NCBI RefSeq assembly: GCF_000007145.1
Contig: NC_003902.1
Span: forward strand, 2,516,497-2,548,496
Source: Xanthomonas campestris pv. campestris str. ATCC 33913
GTDB taxonomy: Bacteria; Pseudomonadota; Gammaproteobacteria; Xanthomonadales; Xanthomonadaceae
DNA: 32,000 nt
Direction: 5' to 3'
Positions within the stretch are counted from its first letter, which is position 1, and each line of letters opens with the position of its first letter. The notes beneath the pieces were generated by a model. That model saw only the letters and a program-made list of their open reading frames with translations, made no database searches and was not told where the DNA came from. Position numbers and translations under genes: made by a program. This document shows positions 20,943-29,923 of the stretch, in pieces.

Positions 20943-20966
20943 AGCTCCGCACTGCGGGGCTTTTTT
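20943..20966 (+). terminator. rho-independent terminator after tRNA unit 2
   Basis: AGCTCCG-CACTG-CGGGGCT (7-bp stem with one G:U) followed by TTTTTT. Confidence 0.7.
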
Positions 20967-21218
20967 GTTGGGTGACGTTGGAGCATTGCGGATGCACTAA
21001 CCGCGCCTGGCGGCGCGTGGCGCGCACCCGGACTGTGCTCCAGTTTACGAGCTCGCGACTGCACGCACCCCGATTTAAACGTTGGCTGCGCGCCTGCGCC
21101 CTGGGCTGTTTAAAACCAGTAGCTCCGCTTCTGCGGCAAACGAATCGACTATCGCAACCAGGCGCCAGGACTCTCGTTCGTGTCGCCGCGCCACTACATT
21201 GTGCCGGCCTACATCGCG

Positions 21219-21395
21219 TCACACCTGCCCGTCATCAAGCGCCTTGCGCCCCTCGTGCGTCAGATCGATATCCGCGTCTTCCGCGTGCGTCGCATAGCCG
21301 GCGCGCACCGCCCAGTCGGCCTCTTCTTCGCTCACCGGCGTGGTGGCGTGGATGTCGCGAAGAATGCGCAGCTTCTGTTCTGAGTCGATCGCCAT
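21219..21395 (-). CDS. small acidic hypothetical protein (58 aa; 61 aa if the upstream ATG at 21404 is used)
   Basis: MAIDSEQKLRILRDIHATTPVSEEEADWAVRAGYATHAEDADIDLTHEGRKALDDGQV. It has strong G/C third-position bias and AGGTG 6 nt upstream of the second ATG. I recognise no family. Confidence 0.55.
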   Translation of the reverse strand: MAIDSEQKLRILRDIHATTPVSEEEADWAVRAGYATHAEDADIDLTHEGRKALDDGQV

Positions 21396-21622
21396 GATGG
21401 GCACCTGATCTTGAGAGAGGCCTCAAAGGTACGGACCAGGCGTGATGGCTGCGTGCCTATGCGAACACTCTTGCTCGCCAAACAACTCAGACAGCCAACG
21501 TACGACGGCAACTCCGATGTGCGGGCACTGAGCATCCATGGCAATGCATCCCCACATATCGCAGCAGCCCGCCTGCACCCAGCCGCAAAGCGCACCGGTG
21601 CACCGGCGCACAGCGGAAACGT

Positions 21623-21656
21623 AAAAGCCCGCCTGGATGACTCCAGGCGGGCTTTT
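21623..21656 (-). terminator. rho-independent terminator downstream of tRNA-Leu (bidirectional geometry)
   Basis: GCCCGCCTGGA-TGAC-TCCAGGCGGGC (perfect 11-bp stem, 21627-21652), flanked by AAAA on the left and TTTT on the right. Confidence 0.8.
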
Positions 21657-21674
21657 AGATGTACCGCAAGAACT

Positions 21675-21761
21675 TGGTGCCGAAGGTGGGACTCGAACCC
21701 ACACGCTTTTAAGGGCGGCGGATTTTGAGTCCGCTGCGTCTACCGATTCCGCCACTTCGGC
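21675..21761 (-). tRNA. tRNA-Leu (anticodon CAA)
   Basis: Minus-strand sequence GCCGAAGTGGCGGAATCGGTAGACGCAGCGGACTCAAAATCCGCCGCCCTTAAAAGCGTGTGGGTTCGAGTCCCACCTTCGGCACCA. Long variable arm (type II tRNA), anticodon loop CUCAAAA, encoded CCA. 87 nt. Confidence 0.92.
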
Positions 21762-21771
21762 GTGGCCGCGC

Positions 21772-21800
21772 AGTATAGCGAGTTGTCAACGAAACGAACA
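21772..21800 (-). promoter_or_regulatory. putative promoter of tRNA-Leu
   Basis: Minus-strand TATACT -10 hexamer (21772-21777) lies 10 nt upstream of the tRNA 5' end. The -35 is weak: TGTTCG at 17-nt spacing, while the TTGACA present is only 6 nt away and so unusable. Confidence 0.3.
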
Positions 21801-21900
21801 GTGTCAGGAATTGCCTGACGAATTCATGTGCAAGCAGCGTCAGCAACGCGGCGCTCAGCCTGGGCCGATATACTCACCGGCTACCGTGAAGGAGTAAGCA

Positions 21901-22281
21901 ATGTCGGCGTTGCGTGGAGTTCGGGTACTCGTGGTCGAAAACGATGACATGAATGCCATGCTGCTCGAAATGCAGCTGATCCAGGCGGGTGCGGCCGTGG
22001 TCGGGCCGGTGGGTGAGGTCGACGACGCGCTGCAGCTGATCGAGGCCGATGCGCCGGATACTGCCGTGCTGGACTATCGCCTGGGCAACGGCCAGACCAG
22101 CGAACCGGTTGCGCGGCGGCTCACCGAACGCGGCATTCCCTTCGTGCTGGCCACCGGCGTGGCCAGTGCCAGCATCCCGCACGGGTTTGAACGCGGGGTC
22201 ATCCTGACCAAGCCGTACATGTCCGACGAGCTCGTCGATGCCCTGGCCAAGGCGCGCCAGCGCAGCGGTGCCAGCAGCTGA
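21901..22281 (+). CDS. stand-alone response-regulator receiver protein (CheY-like, 126 aa)
   Basis: Strong SD AAGGAG 7 nt upstream. Acidic pocket ENDD, phospho-acceptor Asp58 (AVLDYRL, nt 22072-22074), T in VLATG, K in LTKPY. No output domain. Confidence 0.9.
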   Translation: MSALRGVRVLVVENDDMNAMLLEMQLIQAGAAVVGPVGEVDDALQLIEADAPDTAVLDYRLGNGQTSEPVARRLTERGIPFVLATGVASASIPHGFERGVILTKPYMSDELVDALAKARQRSGASS

Positions 22282-22346
22282 CGCATTGTCAGCGGCGACG
22301 TTGTCACTAGAATCACTGCATCCAGGGCTGACAGGTGGGATGCATC

Positions 22347-25300
22347 ATGGCCATCGCCGCGCCGGCCATTGTTGAGTTGCTGCCAGAGCATCGCGAAACC
22401 ACAGCGCTATTGCCGCATGCGGACGAAAGCGCCCTCGCCCTGCTGAGCGAAAGTCCTGCGCTGTCGACAGCGCTTTCGCTTTGCCTGCATGCACAGGTGC
22501 CGATGGTGCTGGTGTGTGGCGAGGCCTCGCACTGCCTGTACAACGATGCCTGCATCCCGCTCCTCGGTGCGCTGCATCCGCACGTGTTCGGCCAGCCGCT
22601 CGCTACAGTTACCGCCCAACGCCTGGTGCTGGCGGGAGCGACAGACAGACAGCAGCACCCCGAGCCATCGGCATGGTCGTGCAGCCCGGTGCTCGAAAGC
22701 GGCAGGCCGTTGGGCCAGCTGTATATCGCCGCCCATCCGCGCGGACAGCCGTCGCAGTGGCACGGCAATACGCTTGCGGCAACAACCCTGGCTCTGCCGT
22801 CGCCCACAGACGAACGCAGCCACGACAGCTTTCTATTGCATCTGGAAGATGCCCTGCAGCATGTCTCCGAACCGCGCGCGATCGTGGACACCAGCGTGCG
22901 CCTGCTCGGCGAGCATCTGCGGGTCAACCGCTGCGCATTCGGCCTGGCGGCGGAGGACCACAGTGTGATGCACGTGATCAGCGACTACGTGCAGGACATG
23001 CCTAGCCTCAAGGGAGATTTTCCGTTGGAAGCCGCGCAGGGGCTGCGCGATGCGCTGCTGGAAAACCGCACCTGGTTCACCACCGACGCGATGGCCCCCG
23101 GCGCGCCGGACTACGTAGTCGAGCAATACCGGCATTCCGGCCTGCGCGCGTCGCTGGCGATTCCGTTGCACAAGCATGGCCAACTGGTGGCGGCAATCGG
23201 CGTGCATCAACGTGCACCGCGGCAATGGGCCTCGACCGACATCGAACTGGTGCGGCTGGTGGTGGCACGGTGCTGGGAATCGATGCAGCGGGCCAAGGCG
23301 CAGCGCCAGTTGGCGGCCAGCGAGGGGCGGCTGCGGCGGCTGGCCGACACGGTGCCGCAGATCATCTTCATCGCCGATCCGGCAGGCCAGCCGGACTATT
23401 TCAATCAACGCTGGTACGAATACACCGGCCTGAATCCAGACACGGAGGCCAGCGCCGCGTGGCAGCAGGCACATTCGGCCGCAGGCTTGCGCATGTCCGG
23501 CCAGGCGTGGGCGCTGGCGCTCAATGGCGAGCGCGCCTACGAGATCGAATGTGAGCTGCGCCGCCACGATGGGCAGACCCGCTGGCACCTGGCGCGTGCC
23601 CTGCCCGTCCGCGACGAACATGGACGCATCAGCGAGTGGATCGGCACCTACACCGATATCCACGACCGCCGCGGGTTCGAGCACAAGCTGCGCGAAAGCG
23701 AGGCGCGCTTCCGCGCATTGTGCGAGACGGTGCCGGCGATGATCTGGATGGCGGACGTGGACGGCAACTGCGTCTACTGGAACCCGCAATGGTATGAGTT
23801 CACCGGCCAGGGCGAGGAACAGGCCCTGGACCAGGGCTGGTGGAATGCGATGCATCCCGATGATGCGGCGCGTGTGCGACATGCCTTCGAGCAGGCGCTC
23901 GATGCACGCGGCGCGTTCATCGCCGAATACCGCATCCGCCGCCACGATGGGCAGTACCGCTGGTGTATCGACACCGCGTCGCCGCACTTCGGCAGCGACG
24001 GGCGCTTCCTGGGCCACATCGGTTCGCTGACCGATATTTCCGACCGCAAGCGGATCGAAGATGCCACCGCATCCGACCGCGCGATCCTGAGCCTGATCAC
24101 GACCGGTGCGCCATTGACGGTGGTGCTCGATGCCATCGCGCTGAGCGTGGAAGCGCGCGGCGAAACACCGCTGTATTGCGCAGTGATGGTGCTGGATGAG
24201 GAGCACCAGACCTTGCAGTTTGCGGCGGCCCCGCATCTGCCGCGCGATTACAGCGGCGATTTCGAGAATGCGCCGATCGGGCCCTCTGGCCCGCCGTGCG
24301 CGCGCTCGGCCCATAGCGGCCTGCAGGTGATTTGTGAGGACATCGCCAACGATCCGCGCTTTGAAGACCACCGCGCACTCTCGGCAGCGATGGGGATTGC
24401 CGCCTGCTGCGTCACGCCGATTCTGGGCAGCAATGGCGCCGTGCTGGGCACGCTCAACATCTATTACGCGCAACCGCATCTGGCCTCGCTGCGCGAACAG
24501 GCCATGGCACGCTCGGCCTCCCATCTAGCCGGCATCGTGATCGAGCGCACGCGCGTGGATGCCAAACTCAAGGCCTCGCTGCAGGCTGAAACCGCTGCAC
24601 GCAATCAGGCCGAACACGCCAGCCGGGTCAAGGATGAATTCCTGGCCACGCTCAGCCACGAACTGCGCACGCCGCTCAATGCGATCCTGGGATGGTCGCG
24701 CTTGATGCAGGCCGATGCCTTCGAGCCGGCCAAGCTGGGCAAGGGACTGGTGGTGATCGAGCGCAGTGCGCGCGCGCAAACGCAGATCATCGACGACCTG
24801 CTGGATATGAGTGCGATCCTGTCCGGCAAGATCCGCCTGCAGCCCGAACACTTCGACATCGCCGGGCTGGCGCGCAGCACCGTGGAATTGATGCAGCCCA
24901 CCGCACAGGCGCGCCAGATCCGGCTGGAACTGGATGCGCCGCTGCAAGGCAGCCTGTGGTTCTTCGGCGATGCCGGGCGCCTCCAGCAGGTGCTGACCAA
25001 CCTGATCAGCAACGCGCTCAAGTTCACCGCACCCGAGGGCGATGTGCGCGTGAGCCTGGAGGTGGAAGAGCAGCGCCTGCGCCTGTGCGTACGCGATACT
25101 GGCATCGGCATTGCCGCCGACTTCCTGCCGCATGTGTTCGACCGCTTCCGTCAGGCCGATGCCGGCACCACCCGCCGCGTGGGCGGATTGGGGCTGGGAC
25201 TGTCGATTTCGCGCCAGCTGATCGATCTGCACGGCGGCAGCCTGGGCGCGTCCAGCGACGGCGAAGGTCATGGCGCAACGTTCACCGTGGTGCTGCCGTT

Positions 25301-25787
25301 CCAGCACGGCGTCAGCGACCAGCGTCCCGCACCAGAGCCTGCCCACACCGGCCCGCTGCCCACCGCCGCACATGGCCGGCTCGATGGCGTGCGCCTGCTG
25401 CTGGTGGACGACGACCAGGACTCACGCGAGGCGGTGATGCATTTCCTGATGCTGGCCGGCGCGCAGGTGCAGGCCGCCGGCTCGGTGGATGCAGCGGAAG
25501 CGCACCTGGCCGCGGCGCATTACGACGTGCTGGTGAGCGATATCGCCATGCCGCTGCGCGATGGCTACGACCTGATCCGCAGCGTGCGCTCGGGCCGGCC
25601 GGAACTGCCGCGGCACATCCGCGCGATTGCCCTCACCGCCTACGTGCGCGAAGAGGACCGCGACCGCGCCATCGTGGCTGGCTTCGACGCGCACATGGGC
25701 AAGCCGGTGGAGCCACCTGGGCTGATCGACCTGATCGAACGCCTGGTGCTGCCCGCCGGTGCGGTACGCACCGACCCATCCGCCTGA
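22347..25787 (+). CDS. soluble multi-sensor hybrid histidine kinase (PAS-like/GAF/PAS/PAS/GAF-HisKA-HATPase-REC, about 1146 aa)
   Basis: ATG 22347 follows AGGTGGG; the track ORF starts at GTG 22335. No TM segment. PAS_3-like repeats (FNQRWYEYTGL, WNPQWYEFTGQ, each followed by E.R.RRHDGQ.RW). H-box FLATLSHELRTPLNAI (His codon 24657-24659). N/G1/G2 boxes (NLISNALKFT, DTGIGI, GGLGLGLSI). C-terminal receiver VLVSDIAMPLRDG (Asp codon 25539-25541). No Hpt domain. Confidence 0.9.
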   Translation: MAIAAPAIVELLPEHRETTALLPHADESALALLSESPALSTALSLCLHAQVPMVLVCGEASHCLYNDACIPLLGALHPHVFGQPLATVTAQRLVLAGATDRQQHPEPSAWSCSPVLESGRPLGQLYIAAHPRGQPSQWHGNTLAATTLALPSPTDERSHDSFLLHLEDALQHVSEPRAIVDTSVRLLGEHLRVNRCAFGLAAEDHSVMHVISDYVQDMPSLKGDFPLEAAQGLRDALLENRTWFTTDAMAPGAPDYVVEQYRHSGLRASLAIPLHKHGQLVAAIGVHQRAPRQWASTDIELVRLVVARCWESMQRAKAQRQLAASEGRLRRLADTVPQIIFIADPAGQPDYFNQRWYEYTGLNPDTEASAAWQQAHSAAGLRMSGQAWALALNGERAYEIECELRRHDGQTRWHLARALPVRDEHGRISEWIGTYTDIHDRRGFEHKLRESEARFRALCETVPAMIWMADVDGNCVYWNPQWYEFTGQGEEQALDQGWWNAMHPDDAARVRHAFEQALDARGAFIAEYRIRRHDGQYRWCIDTASPHFGSDGRFLGHIGSLTDISDRKRIEDATASDRAILSLITTGAPLTVVLDAIALSVEARGETPLYCAVMVLDEEHQTLQFAAAPHLPRDYSGDFENAPIGPSGPPCARSAHSGLQVICEDIANDPRFEDHRALSAAMGIAACCVTPILGSNGAVLGTLNIYYAQPHLASLREQAMARSASHLAGIVIERTRVDAKLKASLQAETAARNQAEHASRVKDEFLATLSHELRTPLNAILGWSRLMQADAFEPAKLGKGLVVIERSARAQTQIIDDLLDMSAILSGKIRLQPEHFDIAGLARSTVELMQPTAQARQIRLELDAPLQGSLWFFGDAGRLQQVLTNLISNALKFTAPEGDVRVSLEVEEQRLRLCVRDTGIGIAADFLPHVFDRFRQADAGTTRRVGGLGLGLSISRQLIDLHGGSLGASSDGEGHGATFTVVLPFQHGVSDQRPAPEPAHTGPLPTAAHGRLDGVRLLLVDDDQDSREAVMHFLMLAGAQVQAAGSVDAAEAHLAAAHYDVLVSDIAMPLRDGYDLIRSVRSGRPELPRHIRAIALTAYVREEDRDRAIVAGFDAHMGKPVEPPGLIDLIERLVLPAGAVRTDPSA

Positions 25788-25821
25788 ACAACGCACCCTG
25801 GCGCGGGCCAGGGTGCGTTGT
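25788..25821. terminator. bidirectional stem-loop between convergent kinase and tex genes
   Basis: Perfect 15-bp stem ACAACGCACCCTGGC-GCGG-GCCAGGGTGCGTTGT, filling almost the whole 36-bp gap between the two stop codons. There are no long U-runs. Confidence 0.65.
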
Positions 25822-25823
25822 GA

Positions 25824-28187
25824 TCAGCTGCGTTTGGCGCGCGCGAAGGCGTCGGCCAATGCGTTGTTGGCGGGCGGCGCGCTGGTCCGCGGCTTGGCAG
25901 TGCCGGCTGCCGGGCCGCGCCCGCCACCACCGCTTCCGTCGCGCCGCCCCTGCCCCGCGCCACGTGTGTCGCGTGACTGCGCGGCCGCGTCGGCCGGTGG
26001 CGGCGTATCCGACAACCGCCGGGTCAGCGCGATGCGTTTGCGCGCCACGTCCACTTCCAGCACCTTGACCTTGACGATGTCGCCGGCCTTGACCACGTCG
26101 CGCGGGTCCTTGACGAAGGTGTCCGACAGCGCCGAGATGTGGACCAGGCCATCCTGGTGCACGCCGATGTCGACGAACGCGCCAAAGGCCGCGACGTTGC
26201 TGACCACACCTTCCAGGATCATGCCGGGCTTGAGGTGCTTGATGTCCTCGATGCCCTCGGCGAACTGCGCCGCCTTGAATTCCGGGCGCGGGTCCCGGCC
26301 GGGCTTTTCCATTTCCTTGAGGATGTCGCGCACGGTGGGCACACCGAATTGCTCGTCGGTGAACTGCTCCGGCTTGAGCGCGCGCAGGAAGCTGCCATCG
26401 CCCAGCAAGGCCTTGATTGGCTTGCCGGTGCTGCTGACGATGCGCTCCACCACCGGGTAGGCCTCCGGGTGCACCGCCGACACATCCAGCGGCTCATCGC
26501 CGTCGGCAATGCGCAGGAAGCCGGCGCATTGTTCGAAGGTCTTGTCGCCCAGGCGCGGGACCTTGAGCAGGTCCTTGCGGCGCTTGAACGGGCCGTTGTC
26601 GTCGCGATGCCGCACGATGTTTTCCGCCACCGTACTGGACAGGCCCGATACGCGTGACAGCAAGGCCGCCGAGGCGGTATTGACGTACACGCCCACGGCG
26701 TTGACGCAGTCTTCCACGCGCGCGTCCAGCGCCTTGGCCAGGCGATATTGGTCCACGTCGTGCTGGTACTGGCCCACACCGATTGCCTTGGGCTCGATCT
26801 TGACCAACTCGGCCAGCGGGTCCTGCAGGCGCCGCGCGATCGACACCGCACCGCGCAGCGAGACATCCAGGTTCGGGAATTCCTTGGCGGCGAATTCAGA
26901 TGCGGAGTACACCGATGCGCCGGCTTCGCTGACCACGATCTTCTGCAGCTTGGCGCGGTCGCACAAGGCAATTGCCTCGCCGGCAAGCTTGTCGGTCTCG
27001 CGGCTGGCAGTACCGTTACCGATCGCGATCAGCTCCACGTTGTGCTGCAGGCACAGCTTCTTGAGCGTCTGCAGCGACTGGTCCCACTGCCGCTTGGGTT
27101 CGTGCGGGTAGATCGTCTCGGTGGCTACCAGCTTGCCGGTGGCGTCGACCACGGCGATCTTGCAGCCCGTGCGGATGCCCGGGTCCAGGCCCAGCACCAC
27201 GCGCGGGCCGGCGGGCGCCGCCAGCATCAGGTCCTTGAGGTTGTCGCCGAACACCGCAATCGCCTCGGCCTCGGCCTTTTCGCGCGCCTGGTTGAACAGG
27301 TCCAGCAGCAGGTGCATGTGCAGCTTGGCGCGCCAGGTGAGCCGGCAGGCATCGAGCAACCAGCGGTCGGCCGGGCGGCCTTCGTTGGAAATGCCGGCAC
27401 TGCGCGCCACGCGGCCTTCGGCGTACTGGTGACCGGCGTCGGCATCGGTGCCCGGGTCCAGATCCAGGTAGAGAAATTCTTCGCGGCGTGCCCGGAACAA
27501 GGCCAGCAGGCGATGCGAGGGAATCCTGGCCAGCGATTCGGCGTGGTCGAAGTAGTCGCGGTATTTGGCACCGGCCTCTTCCTTGCCCTCGGCCACACGC
27601 GCACGGATCACGCCGTTGTCGTTCAACCAGCTACGCAGTTCGCCGACCAGCGCGGCGTCTTCGCCCCAGCGCTCCATCAGGATCGCGCGGGCGCCTTCCA
27701 GTGCGGCCTTGACGTCGGCCACGCCCTTGTCGGCATCCACGTAGATCGCTGCGGTGGTGTCCGGCGCCTGGGTGGGGTCGGCCAGCAAGGTGTCCGCCAG
27801 CGGTTCCAGCCCGGCCTCGCGCGCAATCTGCGCACGCGTGCGGCGCTTGGGCTTGTACGGCAGATACAGGTCTTCCAGGCGCGACTTGGTGTCGGCGGCG
27901 ACGATTTCGCTGCGCAGTTCGTCGCTGAGTTTGCCCTGCTCGCCGATGCTGGACAGGATCGCGGCGCGGCGGTCTTCCAGTTCGCGCAGGTAGGTCAGGC
28001 GCGTTTCGAGGTTGCGCAGCTGGGTGTCGTTCAGACCGCCGGTGACTTCCTTGCGGTAGCGCGCGATGAACGGAACGCTGGCGCCTTCATCGAGAAGGGC
28101 AATGGCGGCGCGCGCCTGGGCGGGTTGGGCACCGATCTCATCGGCGATGGTGCGGGCGATCTGCTGGGCAAGCTGGGTGTCGTGCAT
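25824..28187 (-). CDS. tex: transcription accessory protein Tex (787 aa)
   Basis: N-terminal Tex signature [28 protein letters not shown], a YqgF/RuvC-like domain ([18 protein letters not shown]), HhH repeats, and a C-terminal S1 domain ([31 protein letters not shown]) followed by a Gly/Arg-rich tail. Confidence 0.94.
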   Translation of the reverse strand: MHDTQLAQQIARTIADEIGAQPAQARAAIALLDEGASVPFIARYRKEVTGGLNDTQLRNLETRLTYLRELEDRRAAILSSIGEQGKLSDELRSEIVAADTKSRLEDLYLPYKPKRRTRAQIAREAGLEPLADTLLADPTQAPDTTAAIYVDADKGVADVKAALEGARAILMERWGEDAALVGELRSWLNDNGVIRARVAEGKEEAGAKYRDYFDHAESLARIPSHRLLALFRARREEFLYLDLDPGTDADAGHQYAEGRVARSAGISNEGRPADRWLLDACRLTWRAKLHMHLLLDLFNQAREKAEAEAIAVFGDNLKDLMLAAPAGPRVVLGLDPGIRTGCKIAVVDATGKLVATETIYPHEPKRQWDQSLQTLKKLCLQHNVELIAIGNGTASRETDKLAGEAIALCDRAKLQKIVVSEAGASVYSASEFAAKEFPNLDVSLRGAVSIARRLQDPLAELVKIEPKAIGVGQYQHDVDQYRLAKALDARVEDCVNAVGVYVNTASAALLSRVSGLSSTVAENIVRHRDDNGPFKRRKDLLKVPRLGDKTFEQCAGFLRIADGDEPLDVSAVHPEAYPVVERIVSSTGKPIKALLGDGSFLRALKPEQFTDEQFGVPTVRDILKEMEKPGRDPRPEFKAAQFAEGIEDIKHLKPGMILEGVVSNVAAFGAFVDIGVHQDGLVHISALSDTFVKDPRDVVKAGDIVKVKVLEVDVARKRIALTRRLSDTPPPADAAAQSRDTRGAGQGRRDGSGGGGRGPAAGTAKPRTSAPPANNALADAFARAKRS

Positions 28188-28291
28188 GGCGGCGCGGTTG
28201 GAACCGCTTCACTGTCAAAAATGCATTTTCGCAGTGCCGGGGCGCCGCGGAAACCCGTTGACAGGACCACCGTAAACCTATGCCGACGCGC

Positions 28292-28519
28292 TCAGCGGAC
28301 GCGGCGTGCGTAATGGGTGGCGGCGCGCTCGACCAGAATGCTTTCGTGCAGCGATTCCAGCGCCATGACGCGGATCTTGCCCACGTCCTTGAGCGGCACC
28401 ATGCGCTCCACGTACACCTCCGGACCGGCCTCGGTCATGGTGCGCGACTTGCTGAAGCCGTACGGCACCACACCCTTATCGCCATCCTTGCTGCCACCGA
28501 CGTACAGGACAATCGACAT
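28292..28519 (-). CDS. hypothetical small protein (75 aa)
   Basis: MSIVLYVGGSKDGDKGVVPYGFSKSRTMTEAGPEVYVERMVPLKDVGKIRVMALESLHESILVERAATHYARRVR. It has very strong G/C third-position bias and an SD-like GTGAGGGT immediately upstream of the ATG. I recognise no family. Confidence 0.65.
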   Translation of the reverse strand: MSIVLYVGGSKDGDKGVVPYGFSKSRTMTEAGPEVYVERMVPLKDVGKIRVMALESLHESILVERAATHYARRVR

Positions 28520-28711
28520 ACCCTCACCCTTTTCTGCTGCTGTTGCTGCGCTGACGGCGCGAGCATAGCGAGCACGCCGTGAGGAGCTTTTCCACGCACG
28601 TTAACGCCGGCTGTTTGCGATTTGGTGACCGCCCGATGGCGGCTGCACGCGTCACGGCCGCTTCACCCCGCTTGATCGTCCAATCCAGTTCCGCCCGCTC
28701 ACCGACACCGC

Positions 28712-29923
28712 ATGAACCTCAAAAGTGGTTATCCGTTCTGGTCGATCCGCAACGGATTGATGCGTCCCTATCCGCGCCTGGAGCAGGACACCCACTGCGA
28801 GGTGGCAATCATTGGCGGCGGTGTGACCGCGGCATTGATCGCACACGAGCTGCTGCGCCACGGCCATGAGGTGGTGGTGATCGAACAACGTGAGATCGGC
28901 TGGGGCAGCACCTCGGCCAGCACTGCGTTGCTGCAATACGAGATCGACACGCCGATGGTGGATCTGGCGGCGCAGTACGGTATGCCTGCCGCCGCGCTGG
29001 CCTATGGTGCGTGCGCAAAAGCGATCCTGGATCTGCAGGAGCTTTGCGATGGCCTGGGCGGCTGCGACTTCACGCGCCAGGACAGCCTGTACTACGCCAG
29101 CCGTGCGCGGGATCTCAAGGATCTGCAGCGCGAACTGGACGCACGCAAGACACATGCGCTGCCGGTGGAGTGGATCGCCGGTGACGCGCTGTGGCACGAC
29201 TACGGCGTGCGTTCGGAAGGCGCCATTCTCAGCCGGCTCGCCGCCAGCGTGGACCCCTACCGCCTGTGTTACCGGTTGTTCGCAGAATGCGAGCAGTACG
29301 GCGGCCGCATCTACGACCGCAGCCCCATCGCCACCCTCCAGGCGCATGACCAGCATGTCGATCTGCGCACCCAGGACGGGGTCAATGTGCGCGCGCGGCA
29401 CGTGATCATGGCCGCCGGCTATGGCAACCAGCAGTGGCTGTCGCAGCGGGTCGCACGCAACCGCAGCAGCTATGCCTTCGTCACCGACCCGCTGCACGAC
29501 ACCGATGTGGGCGCGCTCAAGCACACCATGATGTGGGAGACCGCGCGCCCCTACCTCTACGTGCGCACCACCGCCGATGGCCGCGTGGTGGCCGGCGGCG
29601 AAGACGACAGCATTGATATTCCCGCGCGCCGCGACGCACGCGTGCTCAGCAAGATGGACACGCTGCTGAAGAAGATCGCCAAGGTGATGCCGGACGTGCG
29701 GCTGCGGCCGGTGTTCGCCTGGGGCGGCACGTTTGCCGAAACCGCCGATGGGCTGCCGTTCTTCGGCACGCATTCCGAGCACGGCCCGCGTGTGGCCTTT
29801 GCCATGGCATATGGCGGCAATGGCATCACCTACAGCGCGATCGGCGCCGGCCTGCTACGTGCGCAACTGGAAGGCCGCGCTTACCCGTTGTCGGACTTGT
29901 TCGGCTTCTCGCGACTGGGCTGA
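28712..29923 (+). CDS. FAD-dependent oxidoreductase (DAO family, 403 aa)
   Basis: N-terminal Rossmann motif CEVAIIGGGVTAALIAHELLRHGHEVVVIEQ and DAO-type overall length, ending in a YGGNGITYSAIGA region. The substrate is not inferable. Confidence 0.85.
   Translation: MNLKSGYPFWSIRNGLMRPYPRLEQDTHCEVAIIGGGVTAALIAHELLRHGHEVVVIEQREIGWGSTSASTALLQYEIDTPMVDLAAQYGMPAAALAYGACAKAILDLQELCDGLGGCDFTRQDSLYYASRARDLKDLQRELDARKTHALPVEWIAGDALWHDYGVRSEGAILSRLAASVDPYRLCYRLFAECEQYGGRIYDRSPIATLQAHDQHVDLRTQDGVNVRARHVIMAAGYGNQQWLSQRVARNRSSYAFVTDPLHDTDVGALKHTMMWETARPYLYVRTTADGRVVAGGEDDSIDIPARRDARVLSKMDTLLKKIAKVMPDVRLRPVFAWGGTFAETADGLPFFGTHSEHGPRVAFAMAYGGNGITYSAIGAGLLRAQLEGRAYPLSDLFGFSRLG

Noticed and set aside
22833-24524. 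563-aa minus-strand ORF inside the histidine kinase gene
   Set aside because: It is antisense to a frame with clear PAS/GAF/HisKA motifs and has shadow-ORF composition.
26748-28313. 521-aa plus-strand ORF inside tex (and 8453..9523 / 8742..9539 minus-strand ORFs inside edd/eda)
   Set aside because: They are antisense to strongly recognisable genes and have no motifs, typical of high-GC shadow frames.
28280-28582. 100-aa plus-strand ORF antisense to the 75-aa ORF
   Set aside because: The minus-strand frame has the far better codon bias and an SD. The plus-strand product (…HHALHVHLRTGLGHG…FCCCCCADG) is not protein-like.
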